DNA from: Bugula neritina
Lineage: Eukaryota; Animalia; Bryozoa
DNA: 64,000 bases
Assembly: GCA_964035545.1 (NCBI GenBank)
Contig: OZ037765.1
Coordinates: 3,286,001-3,350,000, forward strand
Reading direction: 5' to 3'
The translations under genes and the position numbers were made by a program. Position 1 is the first letter of the stretch, and each line of letters opens with the position of its first letter. The notes below the pieces were generated by a model. That model saw only the letters and a program-made list of their open reading frames with translations, did no database searches and was not told where the DNA came from. This document shows positions 12,501 to 25,365 of this stretch, one piece after another.

Positions 12501-15500
12501 TGCTAAACCAAATTTTATCAGAGTTGTCTCTTCGAAACTCGGTGGAATTTCTGGCTGGCCACGTGACCAAAGAGTCGGCACGTACAAAGTTTGAAACACG
12601 AGGCTTAGCCATTTCAGCTAGTAATTTCACGGCAAACAGACGTGTTTCTGATTTTTCTGATAATCAATTCAATTCTAACTTCTACAATATGGGAATAACT
12701 CTGCCCGAAGAAACTTCCAGCCAGTCAGATATTTAGTTAGGGTTAAATCCTCCAGTATCAGAGTCTAACCCAAGCTTTATAATTTGGTCGATGTTAGATT
12801 CTTTTGAGTCTGCGCTGTTAGAGCCTGAGGTTGACATGGATCTCGGAGATGACTTTCTCCACAACTTCTTGTTAGCTCAAGACGTGGGATCAGTCACTCT
12901 TTGTGGTTTACAGCGACCTCCGGTTTCTCACAGGGCACCGTATAAGCAGATGCCAAATTTGGGCAACAGTAAGACCGGCCATACACAGCCTCTACCAAAT
13001 GTTGTAGGCATTGCTAAAGAGTGCGAGGAGGTGGAAGCGAGCCCTATCGACTCCCCTCCTACACAGTCCCCTGGTTCGGCTCCCAGCAGCCCGAAAGGCG
13101 CCGCTCACACAACAGAGGAGCTTGCCACCACCGCTAGTGGCCTTGTATCCGAACCTGTTGAGCTCCAGTTAGCCGCAGGTGAAGAACAGGGCATACTGCT
13201 CGTTGAGCCCTCCTTAGAAAAAGAAGAAGTTCTCCCAGTACTGGCCCTACCTCAGGCCTTGGTCGCCCACCAGTACTGGATGTCCCGGAATACCAACCTC
13301 CTGGATAGACAGAGCATGCGGCGAGTCGGGCAACCGTATCTGCCAGCGGTGTCGGAAGAAGTTTTCCTCCACACGACGGCTGCAGGTACACGCCCCCCCA
13401 GCACACTGTCAATGTATTTTGCACGTGTGGCAAATTTTCATATCAGCGTGATTACGTGCTGCGCCATCCGCACATATCACGCTGCCACACGAGCAATGCG
13501 TTTGTGATAGACGAGGCCATGTTTCCGGCATTCCGGGACCTGATCTTGCCGCACGTTGTTGACCACCGCAAACAGGCCTCTCTCGCCCAAGGATTCCCAG
13601 CGTGCGAGCCTGTGCAAGATGAGGAGGAGCCCATTGTTGCTCAGCAACCGGCAGCCACCCAGCCTTTTCGGGTTGTGCTGGCACAGGTCGGTGTGGATGC
13701 CAGCTGTCCAATGCACCAGACCTGGGCCCCCCAGCCCTCAGCGACGAGCAAGAAGCAGACGATGGCACACAGTACCAAGACCACTCAGACCCAGTCACCA
13801 TTAGAGGAGGAGGTGCAGCGCATGAGAAGGCAGCTGAGGTAGTGTAAAGAAGAGTTAACACAACTGACGAGACGGGTCAACTGGTTGGAACGCGCCAAGG
13901 ATGAGGGGCGCCGCTAGTGATAATTTACATATATACATTGGTGGTGGGTGTGTGTGTGGTGTGCTTTAAATACATTTATCATCCTTTCGTTATTTTTAGT
14001 CTTTTGATGTCGTAATACCCCTAGTTTTTTTATATATATGCATGTTTTATCGCTTTGTTTTTTTCTATCGAAAAGTGGGCTTTCCGATAGGGGGTGTGTG
14101 TAGTAGAAATTCATAATGCAGAGTTCTCTTCTTTTTGCTATTTTATCGTTTTATCATAATACTGATACTTGAAATTTGTTGTTTGAAAGTCGGAGTCCCG
14201 AAATGCCATAATTCCAAATCCGGAGGTGCGGCATTTCGGACTCCTGATTTTCGGACAACAAAAGATTCTTTTGTGTGCGTGTTTATTCGTCCTGTCTGTA
14301 TAAAAGCAAGCGAGTTCCGGTGTAGATTCTGTCCAGCACTGGAGCTCGCCTGTTCAAAACTACTATTATATTCTACAATAAAGATAGATTCTACTCAAGC
14401 ACACCTTTCATCTTGTTCTCTTTTACAAAGATACATGTTCAGCCCTTAGTTACATTCAACCCACAAAGTTACTACACAATATTCTATGTCCTAATATAAG
14501 CATAACATTATTTTTAGTTTTAGCTGCAACATAGAAATGCTGGGCAGTATTTTACACTCGAGTGTAGCACAGTTTCTAGTTTTATAATATATTTAGAATA
14601 TCATTATAAATCTACTTAGCATAAGAATTTTGCTAAGTAGATTTAGTGGTAGTAGTGCTGCCTGCCTGCTGCTCCTCTTGTGTTTGCTGCCGCTGGAACC
14701 CTTTGGTGGTCATGGTAATGTCTGAGCCACACCTGCAAACTCAGGTATGTACTGCCGGTAGTACCCTCCTAGGCCCAGGAATGCTTGCAACTCAGGGAGG
14801 TCGTGGGGGACAGCCTACTCCTTCACAGCCTGTACCTTCTCCGGGTCGGTAGCGACCCCATCACGGCCAACCACATGGCCCAGGTACGTGAATTCTAGCT
14901 GCAGGAGTGCACACTTGGAGGGCTTTAACTTCAGTCCAGCTGCTCGGAGGCGGCGAAAGACCTCCCGCAGACAACTGACATGTGTCGAAAAGTCTGGGGA
15001 AATAAAAATGATGTCATCTAGATAGATTAGGAGAGTTTTTCAGTGTAGCCCACTGAGGACCTGCTCCATGAGTCATTGGAAATTTGCCGAACAGACGTAA
15101 GCCCTAATGGCAGTACTTTCCAATTCCAGAGCCCGTCGCGGGTAATGAATGTTGCTTTGTCCTGGACATCAGGACTGAGGAGTACTTGCCAGTACCTGCT
15201 AAGCAGATCCAAAGTATTAAAGTACTTGCTACCAGCAAGGGGATCCAGAGACTCATCTATCCGTGGGAGATAGTAAGCATCTTGGATGGTGACGCTGTTG
15301 AGTCTGCGGGAGTCCACACAGAATCTCCAGCTACCATCCTTCTTCTTGACCAGGACTACTGGAGAGCTCCACGCACTGTGGACAGGCTCAATCAGATCCC
15401 AGTCGAGAAGATCCTGCACTTGCCGGCTTACCTCCTTCTTCTTCTCTGGGCCCAAACGTCAGGTTGACTGCCTTATGTCAGCCCTTAGTCAGCCCCATGC

Positions 15501-18500
15501 CTCCATCCCTGCAACTGAAAACATCACTGTACTCCGTGAGTAGTTGAGCCAGTACTTGGCGTTCAATACTACTCGTACAATTACCACACGCTCCACCATA
15601 CAGATCAGCTACGTGCTCCGGGACTGCTCCTCGACTGGTGCGAGGGGGTTTTCCCTGGGTCTCGGCTACTGTTTCCAGTGCCGGACTCACATCTGTCTCC
15701 TGGATGGAGTGGTACTTCTCCACCAACGCTCCGCTCAATAATCGTGCAGGTTCCGTGAAGGGGTGATACACTGCACGAGGAGCTCTCTCCGAGAGTCTAG
15801 CTAATTCAGGCTGTTTGCCAGTCAGATTGCTCCGTGCATTCCCTCCATCACTCCCAGGCCAACAATCTCCCAACAGTTGAATTTGCAGCGGAAAGATGCC
15901 TGGGATCTTCCCGGAACCGTGAAGTCTCACACTACCTAGATCACGCCAACCAAGCGCCTGCAGAACTTGTCAACACAGACAAGTGTCATCCCAGCCATCA
16001 CCACAGTCAAATTCTGAAAAATCATATGAGACTGGTGTTTTTCCAGAAATAGCATTCTCAAGATGGCGTCCTTCTTCAGCTGGCTGACTAAAAATGTTTT
16101 GTGAATCACCTGATCACAGACGCCTCCAGGTAGCGTGATGACGTAAAAAGAAATGCATGATCTGTCCGCCAACGTAACATGCCCACATTTGTACGGCTCA
16201 AGGCTTGCTCGCTCTCGGGCGCCAAGGGGGTCAAAGAGATGTCTACTCAGCAGGTTTGTAGTGCACCCAGTGTCCAGTAGGAATGTGGCAGCTTTACCCG
16301 AAATTTTTCCGAACCGGAAATAGCTGCTTCCATACGGCTGGGTGCTCCTAAAGCGGTTGGTCTCTGGGAGAGACACAACTTAGGTCCGCACAGCTGGCCT
16401 CCTTTTTATCTTAGAGACGACGGGGGTTTTCTGAGGTTGGGAGAGTAGTTTGGGGTACTCTTGCGAGTAAGCTGAATCCTCCTTCACAACATCCTCGAGC
16501 TACCCGGTGAACTGGTTAAAGAGTGGCCAGGCAGGAGGATCGGGTAGACCTTGCGATCTCCGAGATCTCCGGGGTGCCTGCTATCCTGCGTCTTCTGACT
16601 CTATCCGGGCTTTGAGTGACATGGCTACCGGATCGAGCAGACCTTCCGGTCTCCGAGGTCTCCGAGGTGCCTGCCACTCAGTATCAGCAGACTCCATAGA
16701 GGTCCTCCTGGTAATCCTCTAGTCCTTTTCCTGGATGGGGTTAGCTTGAGGCCCAACGGTCGGCGGAAGTTACCGTGAGCCTCAGGTGTTTAAAAGTAGG
16801 CGGCCTTTAGGGCAGTGTCTCCTCACATGCCCTGACGCACCACATCTTCAGCAGGTGAGCTGCGAAGGGCGGACAGGATCGTCCCGTGATTTGGGAACCC
16901 ACCTACATGCCTGGTCTTGTTGCAACTCGATCATTGTAGCCTGCAGGCCCTTCACCATGACCATTAATGTGGTGAGCTACGTTTGCTCCGGTGATTTAGT
17001 TGTTGCTGCTGACACCTGTGGAGCAGAAAGCGTGGCAGTTCCTTCATCTTCTTCAGTCACCTGGTGGGCGGTGAAACCCGCCCCCCCAAGGTCATCTACC
17101 TAAAAGTAGGCCTTACCCATCTCCATGGCCTCCTCCATACTGCTGACTTTAGCCTTCAGCCAGAAGCACTGCAGGTCTGGGTTGTTGATGCTTCGGAAGA
17201 ACGCATTGTACACCAGGCGTTTCCTCTCTCCACCTTTGGCCTGACTGAAGGCAGTCTAGGCCAATCGCTCCACCCATGGCGTTAACGTAGTTTTCCAAGG
17301 GCGTCCACTGGTCTCTTCTCATGGCTTGTAGTCGGTCTGAGACTTCCTCGGCTGTCAGACCAAAACGGATCCGGAGAGCCCGCATGATTTGAGCTTCATT
17401 GGGAGCAAAACTCCTGGCCCGGCCTGTTAAACAGACCCAGAGCTAAAGGATGCGCACTGGTGCTGGCCATTCAGCGTTGGTGGCCACATCCTCAAACTCG
17501 CAGATAAACTGCTCAACATCTCCTTCGCCTCCAAAAATCAGAGGCCTTAGGCGGTACCTGTCACCAGGTGGCGCCTGACTAGCCCTTTGAACATTTTGGA
17601 GGGCTGTCACCAGAGCCTCAATCGTGAGAGGTGATCTCGCTGGCACTTCGGGGTTGGTCCTTCTTCTGCCCCTTCAGCCATCTTGTTCTCTTTGTTGACA
17701 CTTAGCTATTCAGAATCCTACTGCTGCCACCAATGTAGTAACTTTGTGGGTTGAATGTAACTAAGTGCTGAACATGTCTCTTTGTAAGAGAGAACAAGAT
17801 GAAAGGTATGCTTGAGTAGAATCTATCTTTATTGTAGGATATAACAGTAGTCTTGAACAGAGACGAGCTCCAGTGGTAAACTGAATCTACACTGGAACTC
17901 GCCTGCTTTTATACACACAAGACAAAGAAACACGCACACAAGAGAATACTTTGTTGTTCGAAAATTCCAAAATCCTAAGGTGCAGCATTTCCGAATACCA
18001 AAATTCCAAAATCCCGAGGTTGGGAATTTCGGTATTCCGAAATGCCGCACCTCAGGATTTTGGAATTTTGACATTTCGAGACTCCGACTTTCGGACAACA
18101 AATTTCAAGTATCAGTATTATGATAAAACGATAAAATAGCAAAAAGAAGATAACTCTACATTATGAATTTCCACTACAATTGTAAAAATGCATAAACAAT
18201 CAAACAATCAAGAAAAAATATTGAAAATTACAAAGTATTAAGTTGAAAGGTCAGAGACTTTCGGCTTAGTTATAAATTTAGCAAAAAATATTATAAGATA
18301 CGTAAGTGATGGTTAGATAGTGATGCAAGAGAGTAGAAGTCAAAAAATATGTCCCAACCTACAACTATACATTAACTTTGATGGAATTGTGAAAATATTT
18401 TTATTCAAAACCATATCCAGCTTTATCATAATTTGAGTAGTTCATGAATGAGTCAAGCAAGTATAAACAATTATATTTTGAGATTTGAAGAATTGGCTGC

Positions 18501-20445
18501 ATTTGCCTATATGTAGTAAATTCAGAGGAAAGTGTATGATAGCTATCTTCAATGCAACTTCTAAAGAAATATTGGTTATCCATTGCAAATAAATAATATA
18601 TTTAAATACTGCATAAATCAGACTATGCATGTAAAATGTCTAGCCAATATACATAGTGAAAGAAATATAGATTCGACAGGCGCAATCTATATCTATATTA
18701 TTATAACCTATTATGAGCATATGCTATGTGGCCTTGCAAGTAATAAATGACAAATGAAAAGCACAATCTAAAGATGGATCATTTTTGAAAAATAGAACAA
18801 AAGAAATAAAACTGTGTAAGGGTTTTATAGCAGTCAGCATTCTAAAAACTGAGCTATTTGCTAAAACGAATGAACATATATAGACAAATACTATACTGAC
18901 AGAAAATACTATATAAAAGATGATTTTACATAGCCAGCACCAATTTAAAAAAGCTAAAGTTAACAAAAAAAAATTGGTGCATATTTAAAATTAATTATTA
19001 AATATTATTCAGCACCACAATTGTTGGTCTTCTTTTGAATTTGTGTGAAACCAAATAATACACATACCTGAATACCAGAGAGGGAGGTTAAAGTACTGAT
19101 AGTCTGTATTTACTTCTGGTGTCACTCCAGTATCATCTGATCTCTTGTTGACAATCTCACATTGATTTCCACTTACTGACTTTACTATAAAACTACAGCT
19201 ATAACTGATGTCTTCACCTTGTAAGCAGAAACTCATACAGTCTCTGAGATCTGATAAACTTATCTGGCTGTACTTCTGTACTCTACTGTTTAAATGGTAA
19301 CCTCTAGTAGCTGTCCATGGCTGCCATATTCCTGCAAAATACTCCATGCTATAACAATGTTTGCATAACATAATATACTAAAGCTGCAGCAACTGCTGCA
19401 ACTTATAGAATGAAAGTGGCTATCACTATGCAAGTATTTTAAGAACTGACTGAAAAGAGGTGTTCAGAATTGTAGTAAGTTTTTTGGATACCAGGTTTGT
19501 GAAACTATAGTAGAAGAGACTATTCAATAAGTACCTTTCTGTTATAAAATCAAATACTACATCATTACTTCAATTTTTTTCTAATACTTATAAGTTATAC
19601 AGTCAACAAAAGGAAAACATTTAACCTTTATTGTTAATTGAAAACTCAAGCAAAGACTGGAAAGGGCTATTGTGCCAATTGTAAAAGCAATATCAAACAT
19701 GGTTTATGTATTTTAATAAGCTATATCTTTTGTATTCAGTCAACTCACCAGCACAGTCTGGTTTAACGGAGTATCTCCACTGACTATCAGAACTACTAAT
19801 AGTACCAGTCTGAGTATTCTCTGCTAACAGTTGACAGTTTCCATCATCAGTTCTGTAGTTTATTGAGGCACATATAAATGATGTCTGCTGCATACACTGA
19901 GCTCTACACTCATCTTCACTGTTTACAGAGAGAGTCTTTATACTACCAGATGTTATGTGAAGATCTAGTCTACCCACACCTGATGTCCAGTCACAGGTTA
20001 ATCCTGAAAATGTGTAATAACAGAGCATAATAATTATATGATACATCTTATGATTGCTTTCCTTTATATAATAATGGTGACAATGCTAAAGCAGGCTACC
20101 TATATATATGATTCATGTTTGTGAAAGCTAGAACTGTTTAAACATGAGTATGGCAGTAATTTGTCACTTACCTAAGTTTAATGCTATTTATCAATGTGTA
20201 TATAAATTTGTAGTTCCTACTATAGTCTATAATACACAACATTTAAAGTGGAAAGTTGGAGAACTACATTATAACCTATACAGTATTATATATCTTGTAT
20301 TGTATGTTATGCTTTAAATATACCTTGAAATTTGATAAGCTACATGTAACATATGTTTCTATACCATACCTTGTACTGGTGCAGAAATAGACACGGTAAC
20401 TAGAAAGAACCACAACTGAAAACACAAATATAGTATCCTGTCCAT
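7773..20445 (-). CDS. Receptor paralogue A: SP-PAN-PAN-like-unknown domain-FN3-like-beta domain-sushi-TM-Tyr-motif tail (752 aa, 9 exons)
   Basis: Exons: 20370-20445 (MDRILYLCFQLWFFLVTVSISAPVQ), 19749-20003 (PAN: ECRAQC, FICASINY, CQL), 19068-19331, 11091-11588, 9885-10202, 9407-9504, 8809-8995, 8332-8562 (sushi: C..P, YFCNEGY, ITC, WSDNPPIC) and 7773-8104. All introns are GT-AG with compatible phases; total 2259 nt with no internal stop. Confidence 0.85.
9511..9595. repeat. (TA)n microsatellite abutting the exon 6 acceptor of gene A
   Basis: Seen directly. Confidence 0.95.
14099..14476 (+). repeat. 3' LTR of the gene A Gypsy element
   Basis: TGTAGTAG...TACTACA termini, preceded by a G-rich PPT; reverse-complement match to 17734-18178. 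Confidence 0.9.
17734..18178 (-). repeat. 5' LTR of the gene A Gypsy element
   Basis: TGTAGTGG...TACTACA on the minus strand, followed by a PBS complementary to a tRNA-Leu 3' end. Longer than the 3' LTR because of extra internal short repeats. Confidence 0.9.
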
Positions 20446-21445
20446 GTTAACACTACTTTGAAATACTTATTCACTGAGGGAGTGTTCATTAAAGTGAAGT
20501 TATATTAAACAGTTATATTAGCAGGTATTTTGCATTACAAAAGGCAGCTTTTGTTAACTTCACAATATGAAACTCACATAGCTATAGAAGTGCAAAGAGG
20601 AAGTTGGGAAGACATATACAAAAGATGTTTTCTTAACGATTTCAAAGAAATCTAGCTTTTTAAGCTTGTTCGCTTTATATTGAAATTTTGACAGGTGCTA
20701 AACTACGCTTGAATAAAATGCTTTACTAGAGTTTAAAACAAATCAATTTGCTCAGTTATACACTATAACACAACTATAATCGATACTATTCAGATAACTA
20801 AAAATATATTCATTCAGATTAGCTATTATAATATTCATTTTTATAACTTTTTCATGTGCAATTAATTTAGAATGAGTATGTCTCTACATAATATATCTTA
20901 TAATCTATTATGTAAGCTATAAACAGGTAACTAAGTAAATGACATGGAATAGGTTACAATAAATGAGAAGTTAACAAGATTATTATACATTAAGTGATTT
21001 TGATGACTTTCGAATTTCAAAAATAACTTTGTCTGGTCTTATGCAAAAGGTTGCTTCAAGGTCACAAAGTTATATTAGTATACTGGAAAACACGAATTAT
21101 TAAGTTTAAAATTATCACAAAATCTTTTAACCAATTATGTACTGCAAACACAGAAGATAATGTTTATCAATATCAAAGAAGAACAGAAGCAAAGTAACTT
21201 AACATGTATTTATTTTTTCAACGAATTACCAAATTTGAATATATGCCATAGATTATTGCAAAAGCAAAAAATTATTTGAAATAATATTTAAAAAAATATT
21301 CTTTAATTCTCAACAGGTAACTGCACTATGCATTATCAACTTATTTTTATGAATGCCATAAAATAACTTAACTTTTATTTACAGTTTTCAATTTTAGTGA
21401 ATGACAATTCTGTTTGGAAAAAAGCTACTAAAAATGCCAAAATGA

Positions 21446-21531
21446 TCCCGTGAACCAGATTTGAACTGGTGACCTAAGGATTTCTAGTTGACAACTACAG
21501 TCCTCCGCTCTACCAACTGAGCTATCACGGG
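21446..21531 (-). tRNA. tRNA-Tyr(GTA) with 13-nt intron
   Basis: Identical to 3466-3551. Confidence 0.95.
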
Positions 21532-24500
21532 GTTATGGGATACAGTTCTGTATCAATACTGTATATTTCAGCAAATTATTAATGATTTCCACTTCCACAT
21601 ATATATGCTATATATCTGATAAGGATATAATTGTTCCCAGATAACAGCAGATTAATATTATAGTCACTGTTATTGTCTTACAATAATTTGACAGGATTGA
21701 AAAATTAAATAACATTCATATGTAATAACACTTTTATTTTGTGATGACATGTGATGTCATAGTATTTTCAGGCATGAGCATTTGCAAATAATTTTTCCAT
21801 CTTATTAGTCAATTTAATGAATTGCTGGCTCTACATAATATATAATTATAGGCAGATTGGTTGTCATGGCAACATATAGCTCATTAGGATGACTCATTCT
21901 CAATAAGAATCTACTAGCAATATTCTTAGTTATGAAATTATTTTTGTCAATCTCCCTATATAATAATTTAGATCTTGCAACTAACCACCTTTTCTTAACA
22001 ACTCCAGTACAATTCAAAGTGAAGCTATTAAAATGATTGATTGTACATAATTAAAAACATGAAATTCAAAGCAAGCCTGTGTACCACAAAAAATTATTAA
22101 AAATAGACTGTAATATTAACCTACCAGGCTAATCTCCAGCTCCAGAGTGTTTTGTGCTGTTTATCACTTGTCAGTAGCTTTAGTACCTGCTAGCTTGTAG
22201 CTTGTCAGTAGCTTGTCAACATCGGGATCATCTTTCATAAACATGCAAAATAAAAGTATATATAGCTACTCACTATCAGGTTTTTCAATAGATTTGATGT
22301 ATTATATATTTTGTAAAACCAAAAATTGTTACAAGTATAATATAATGTTGAACGGTATCGAAATTTAACAAAACACTTCAATTTCATTGCCTCTTAAAGC
22401 ATCATAGCCACCTCTATAAGATGGGCTGCAGAGCAATTATAGCTTTCAATAAAAATATAAATTTTTGCAGCAGCTCAGTAGCTAAAACTTTGTCATCAAT
22501 ATATGACGACAGCGATACTTCGACTCTCAGACTATGCTGACAGAAGTAGTTGTGTCAAGTCTACTTATGTGATTATTCATTTTATTCTCTTTTTGCAAGT
22601 TTTCTTCCTTATAAACTTTAAACTGTAAAACTTTATATAAAATTTCTGCAAGAACATTTATTGCACTGATAGATTCTCATAGTTTTGATGACTCTCTACA
22701 TCTCTTGGCTCCTATTGTTTGTAGATATTATATAATCTCTTTATTTAAGTTTCGCGCCTAGCTACATTATTATTTTTTCGGGATTTAAGCTGGATATGAA
22801 AAGCAACTTAATTACAATACAAAGCAATGTTACAGTTATTCTTACTTTTTATGCTATTATAATGAAAATGTATATTTAAAAAGATTAGCAACATATTTTA
22901 TGGAATATATGATATTGTTATTGTTGTGGAATTAGTGTGAGTTTGCTCAGCTATCTTAGCGATATTAAGAACCTTCAAAGAAAAGCTTTCTACAGCCCAG
23001 TCAGTGCTTCAACAAACTATATATAATAGTTTACTTGCCACAAACAATAGCAAAACTTAGTTTCCGCTATAGTTTACATACCGTTCACAAAGTTTTTATG
23101 CATATAAATAATTAAAATAATTGCACTGCATAATTTTCTAAATACATATATACTAAGCAAACCAGATGTTTATAGGAATTAAATTTAGATTAAAAAATAA
23201 GTTTAAATTTAAAAAATTAGGATTAGAAAATGTTGAACAACGCATCAGCAAAATTGTCTTTTTTTCCACACATTTTGCAAAAAGTGTAGGCTACATGATT
23301 AAATAGAGCTTTTAGAAGTCACTGCTTGCCAAAATATTATTATTCTCCTGCTGTTGGGTGTCTCAGAAAAAGGCTACATTATATGTTTACTATAGTGATA
23401 GTATACAAACATTACTTGTGAAAAATATTATAATATAATACCTTAAGCACATATCAAGCTTTAACATGACATAAAATGAAATTTTATACTTTTATAACTT
23501 GAAAAGCTAAATATTTGACTAATAGAGTGAAACTTTAAACAAATGCTAATTTATATTACCTATTATATAATATACTTTTATGACTTACCAATATGGCTAA
23601 AAATAATTAATGTATGATGCATACTGTTTGTAATAACCCAGTTGCATATATACTACTGGAAACTATATTATATTTTATTTATACAGTAAAACATTAAACA
23701 AATGCAAATTTACATTATCATATTATTAGCGGTATATTGTGTATGGGTTAGAATTATAGAGGTAGTTTATTTGGTGTTAGAAATGTAACACAAAACATAA
23801 AAAAAAAATTTAAATCTAATTTCCAATGTGCTTCGCATACTTTTTTGTAAATTAATTTGAATGTAATGTATAAGTGTATCTAACTGAAGTCTAAAAATCC
23901 AAATTGAAAACATTTATGCTGGTTACTGTAGTTGTTACTTTATAGAGATTATGTAAAAAAGTGCAAGGAGTTGATAATATATATAAGTTAAATATGATTC
24001 TTACTCATACAAACCGAGTGTAACTAATTTGCCTGGGAATGCTGTAACTGACCCAGTTTTGATATTATGAGCTGATAGGCTACAGTTACATGCAACTTGA
24101 TACAACTTGCATGATTAGTTAAATTTACCCCAACTGATTCATGGTGCTGATAAGGTTATAACTGTTTGCAGTGAAGGATGTGTTAAATGCAGCACAAAGT
24201 ACTTGGTCACTCAGTGCAGTGTTTGTGTACACTATTCAAACCCCTCTGAATCACTGCACTCAGTGACACCAGACTTTGTGTTGCATCGAACATTCCTATC
24301 TATTTGGGTTTAGTACTATGGCTTTTTCACCCACATGACCAAAAGATAATACAACAAAAGGAAGAAGTTCTGAACCATGTTCCATTAGACATTATTAACA
24401 GTCTCTATAGCTACATTATTCTAGTGTAATGCATGATCAGTTAAATGTCATAGTGGTGGAAAGGAGAAGATCTTAGATGTATTCTTCCTAACAAGCTATT

Positions 24501-25365
24501 TGCATGTTTGTTTCCTTGACATATCTCTTTTGTTCAAACCTCAAAAGAAGACCACTATACTAAAAGAAAATCTGACGTCCAACCATTGCTGAGATTTTTT
24601 TTAAAACCTGGTCTATTTCTTTAGAACAGTTGTTTCTATAGCAGAATATTTTTTCAAAAGGGTTGTTTTGTTAATTCATTTAGCAAAATACCTCAATCAA
24701 CACTATAAGCTGTAGCTTTTGCAATAAATATGAGTCAAAGATGTGAGTTGGTGACAGACTTATACAGGGCTGTATACAGCCCATGTGACATTCTTTATAT
24801 ATACATTATTATTAGCTATGAGACTTATGACTAGTGATATTATGTGGCTTTTCATTAAAGTTTTATGTTTACATTGACAACTATTATTAAATATGACAAC
24901 TGAACTTAAATTGAAATGTACATAAAGTAAAACACAGTTTATTATTGATCCAAAAAACCTAGCATATGCATAATAGCCTTGTTATGAAGTAATTCTGATC
25001 TAAAAGTCTATAATAAAATACAGAAACTGACAAATTATTATTTAAAGAATTGACAATGGTAGACTATGATAAAACAATCATCTTAAATATAAACATTTGA
25101 AGCCTTGGCATTATAAAACATTGGATATTGTAACTTACTGTAATCATGGTATGTATCATTCACTTAACCTTACCAAATGCAAAATGATAGTAAAACCATT
25201 ATTTTTAATAAATAAAAATAAGTTTAAAATTCAAAACCATTATACACACCAGTGTGTAGCTTAAGACAGCATTATGCAATGTTTAATGATTCACCTGTCA
25301 GGCATGGAGTACATAAAATTTGTATCTCAAATTGTTTTTCAGTGTTATTTTAAAAATTATTTGCT

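Larger units (their letters stand above)
12040..18178. mobile_element. Ty3/Gypsy LTR retrotransposon in intron 3 of gene A, degenerate, split by an inversion
   Basis: Minus strand: 5' LTR 17734-18178, PBS TGGTGGCAGCAGTAGGATTC, gag, protease (FLLDTGC, ORF 15936-16376) and RT (SAWSSPVVLVKKKDGSWRFCVD, ORF 15027-15455) down to ~14660. Plus strand: RNase H end, accessory ORF, PPT and 3' LTR 14099-14476. Matching 4-bp TSD CAAT at 14477-14480 and its reverse complement ATTG at 18179-18182. Confidence 0.9.

Noticed and set aside
17950-18100. Short imperfect repeats (CGAAATTCCAAAATCC-like) resembling an array
   Set aside because: Internal LTR tandem repeats with no unique spacers; eukaryotic context, so not CRISPR.
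17829-18139. ORFs within LTRs (also 14135-14449 and 36034-36405)
   Set aside because: They lie in LTR sequence, are not conserved between LTR pairs and show no protein motif.
7773-20445. Assignment to known genes such as fester, Alr1/Alr2, plasminogen/HGF or receptor kinases/phosphatases
   Set aside because: Only individual domains or general logic are shared; no recognisable V/I-set Ig, EGF, kringle, protease or catalytic domain, so no gene symbol is given.
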